Part shown: piece by piece, positions 61,712 to 64,000 of the stretch
Layout of the letters: every line of letters begins with the position of its first letter
Numbering within the stretch: position 1 is the first letter of the stretch
Source of the DNA: an uncultured Veillonellaceae bacterium
Lineage (GTDB): Bacteria; Bacillota; Negativicutes; JARBTT01
Assembly: GCA_963805085.1 (NCBI GenBank)
Contig: CAWDTA010000002.1
Span: 704,001 to 768,000 of the forward strand
Length of the DNA stretch: 64,000 nt
Direction: 5' to 3'
The notes under the pieces: generated by a model
Database searches by the model: none
What the model was told of the DNA's origin: nothing
Seen by the model: only the letters and a program-made list of their open reading frames with translations
Translations under genes and position numbers: made by a program

Positions 61712-62336
61712 AACTGCTCCTGCATACAATATTCTCTATGCCTATTGTATCACAAATAAAAACTCTTTAATTAGCATGATTACTATTTTCATTCAAAAAC
61801 TGTTTAAATTTCACCTTTGTATTGGGATAGAGGGAATTTAAAGGCACTTGGTAATATATTGGTTATTGTTGTAATTTTACCTAATTTGTATTATAATGAC
61901 ATTTGTGTCCAACAACACCAGTAGAATAGACAATTTTATATGCCAATGGCTAGTAAACTCTACGCTTATACGTCAATTTTTAGAATGATAATATTAATTT
62001 TACTGGTACGCTCACTACGAGTATAAAGGTCTAAAAACACGGGGTGATAAATGAAAATATTCTGTTACCTGGAAGGTTACGTTAATGACGTAATTGATTT
62101 CCCAGGTTAATTTTAAATCTATTTATATAGAAGCTCCTTTTATACAAAATTTTTCTTTCATATATTATATCAATTGAGGGGTTTCCATATGTATAGAAAC
62201 TTATTTTGGGTTTACTTATTCTTTATTCTTCAAAGCCTATAAATTTCTTCAGTTTGCAAAAGTTTGAGATATTAACTGTGAATGATTACTTTCTGAAATT
62301 AGTGGATAAAAATCGGACTTAAAAAAGGAGGACTCC

Positions 62337-63039
62337 ATGGACATTTTTCGTACAAAAAGATATGCCTATTGGTATTATTGGTTCCTTAGCGGTATCTACC
62401 TTGCTGTATACTGCAGTAGCTGCCGTAATGACAGGGGCAGTGCCATATCATCAATTAAATAACGCTGAGCCAGTAGCCTTTGTGTTACGCAGTCTTGGTT
62501 ATAATTTTGGATCAGCACTCGTTGGTACAGGTGCTATCTGTGGACGTCCTGCTGTCTTACTAGTAATGATGTATGCACAAACTAGGGTTTTATTTACAAT
62601 GTCTCGTGATGGGTTGATTCCAGCTGTAATTTGCAAAGTTCATCGTAAATACAGCACTCCTTATGTCATTACTATAATTGTCGGTGCTGTTATCGCACTG
62701 GTTAGTGGCTTTACTTCTATTGGAGTTGTTGCAGAAATGTGTAGTATAGGTACGCTATTTGCCTTTGTAATAGCAGTGATTGGTCTAGTTGTATTACGCA
62801 TTACAAAACCAGACATGGAGCGTCCATTTAGATGCCCCTCTGTCAAAATTGTTGCTACGCTGGCTATACTATTTTGCTTGTATATTATGTACAATTTATC
62901 ATTTGCAACATGGATACGTTTCATTGTCTGGAGTGTCATTGGTATGGCCATATACTATTGCTATGGCTATTCCCATAGCATCTTAAATAAAAGATTAAAC
63001 TCTATAAATATGTCACATTCATCACAAAAAAGCCTATAG
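62337..63039 (+). pseudogene. APC amino acid permease with large internal deletion
   Basis: RBS AAGGAGG plus MDIFRTK start joined out of frame to the C-terminal half (MPIGIIGSL...RPFRCP...YGYSHS). Confidence 0.75.
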
Positions 63040-63305
63040 TATAGAATTTTTCTAACTATTTAAATTTAGCAGACTAAAAAACACTTGTGAGCTACCCAAT
63101 ATAAGTATCCCCTAGCATTTTGAAAATAGACCGAGTACCATCTCAAATAAAGTGACAATAGATCTATGAATACAACATGGGGTACGTGACAGCTTCGCTG
63201 GTACGTACCCCTAACTAAGCAATTTTGTCACACTCTTTATAATCTAATAGTGTTAAGTAAGATTGCAAAAGTTATTTTAAAATCATTTTTAAAGGAGTTG
63301 TAATA

Positions 63306-64000
63306 ATGTCATCACTAGCTAATTCATTAACAATCAGCCAAGGAATTGCAATGACTGTTGGATCGGTTTTAGGCCCAGCTATATTGATATTACCGGCCTT
63401 AACAGCAGAAATAGCTGGGCCAGCCTCACTAATTTCCTGGGTATTAATGTCAATAATCGGAATATTTCTCGCCTTTTCTTTGGGTTGCCTTGGTTCTAAG
63501 TATCCAGATGCCGGAGGTATTGCAACCTACGCTAGTCTAGCATTTGGACAACAAATAGGTCGAATTACCGGATGGTTGTTTTTGGGTATAATTCCCTTCG
63601 CTGTTCCCGTTGTTGCTTTATCTGCTTCAAATTACTTGGTGAACCTTATGAACATAGATAGTTGGGCAGTAATAGTATTTGCGGAAAGCATGATAATGGT
63701 ATCGATATTTTTGAACTGGCGGGGTATTGAGACATCAGGTAAATATCAATTAGTTATTACCGGAATGATTGTTTTGATGCTTTTAATTGTGTCATTTTTA
63801 GGTTTTTCTAATATACAGTCTTCACATTTTCGGCCATTCTTGCTTCATGGTTGGCATTCTGTTGGAAGTGCCGCTGTCGTAATTTTCTGGTCATATGTAG
63901 GTTTCGAAATGATCGTGAGTCTTTCAGAAGAATTTAAAAATCCAGCTCAAGATGTACGTATAAGCTTGATTATTGGTTCGATTCTAGTTTCAGTGCTCTA
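63306..64000 (+). CDS. APC-family amino acid permease (YjeH-like), runs off the window
   Basis: RBS AAGGAG; MSSLANSLTISQGIAMTVGSVLGPAILILP...YPDAGG...FWSYVGFE, open to the window end. Confidence 0.85.
   Translation, partial: MSSLANSLTISQGIAMTVGSVLGPAILILPALTAEIAGPASLISWVLMSIIGIFLAFSLGCLGSKYPDAGGIATYASLAFGQQIGRITGWLFLGIIPFAVPVVALSASNYLVNLMNIDSWAVIVFAESMIMVSIFLNWRGIETSGKYQLVITGMIVLMLLIVSFLGFSNIQSSHFRPFLLHGWHSVGSAAVVIFWSYVGFEMIVSLSEEFKNPAQDVRISLIIGSILVSVL

Noticed and set aside
516-62986. Many short antisense or alternate-frame ORFs in the track (e.g. 610-999, 1205-1627, 18889-19254, 38727-39113)
   Set aside because: Shadow ORFs overlapping well-supported genes

Overview
AT-rich chromosomal window from an anaerobic Firmicute, probably Negativicutes-like (inferred from gene content only). 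It has no rRNA, tRNA or CRISPR. Core-like genes are gabT, a PucR regulator and aldehyde dehydrogenase, a secreted peptidase-like protein, purple acid phosphatase, ldh, yitT, fruRKA, mgtC, a REC-GGDEF cyclase, feoAB, a xylose/xyloside cluster that uses a fucose-isomerase-fold enzyme instead of classical XylA, rnj, and a decayed tail. The non-coding sequence shows three integrase-less insertions, each marked by a duplicated target. (1) The hairpin plus tail downstream of pucR occurs three times (3.6, 5.8, 9.7 kb), delimiting two cassettes that each end in an inverted-repeat-flanked HUH (RAYT/TIRYT-like) transposase remnant. (2) A 10.2 kb MCP/TrmB/arginine-deiminase island splits the ldh-yitT terminator. 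(3) A 7.3 kb asrABC/Crp/IS200 island lies between 40-bp direct repeats of the feoB 3' end. The first cassette carries a candidate antisense-RNA-controlled attenuator (a cloverleaf sRNA with its own promoter, plus an anti-terminator/terminator pair) upstream of two unknown small ORFs. ANTAR-like antitermination leaders and two structured MITE-like repeats are also present. All calls were made by eye; no searches were run.
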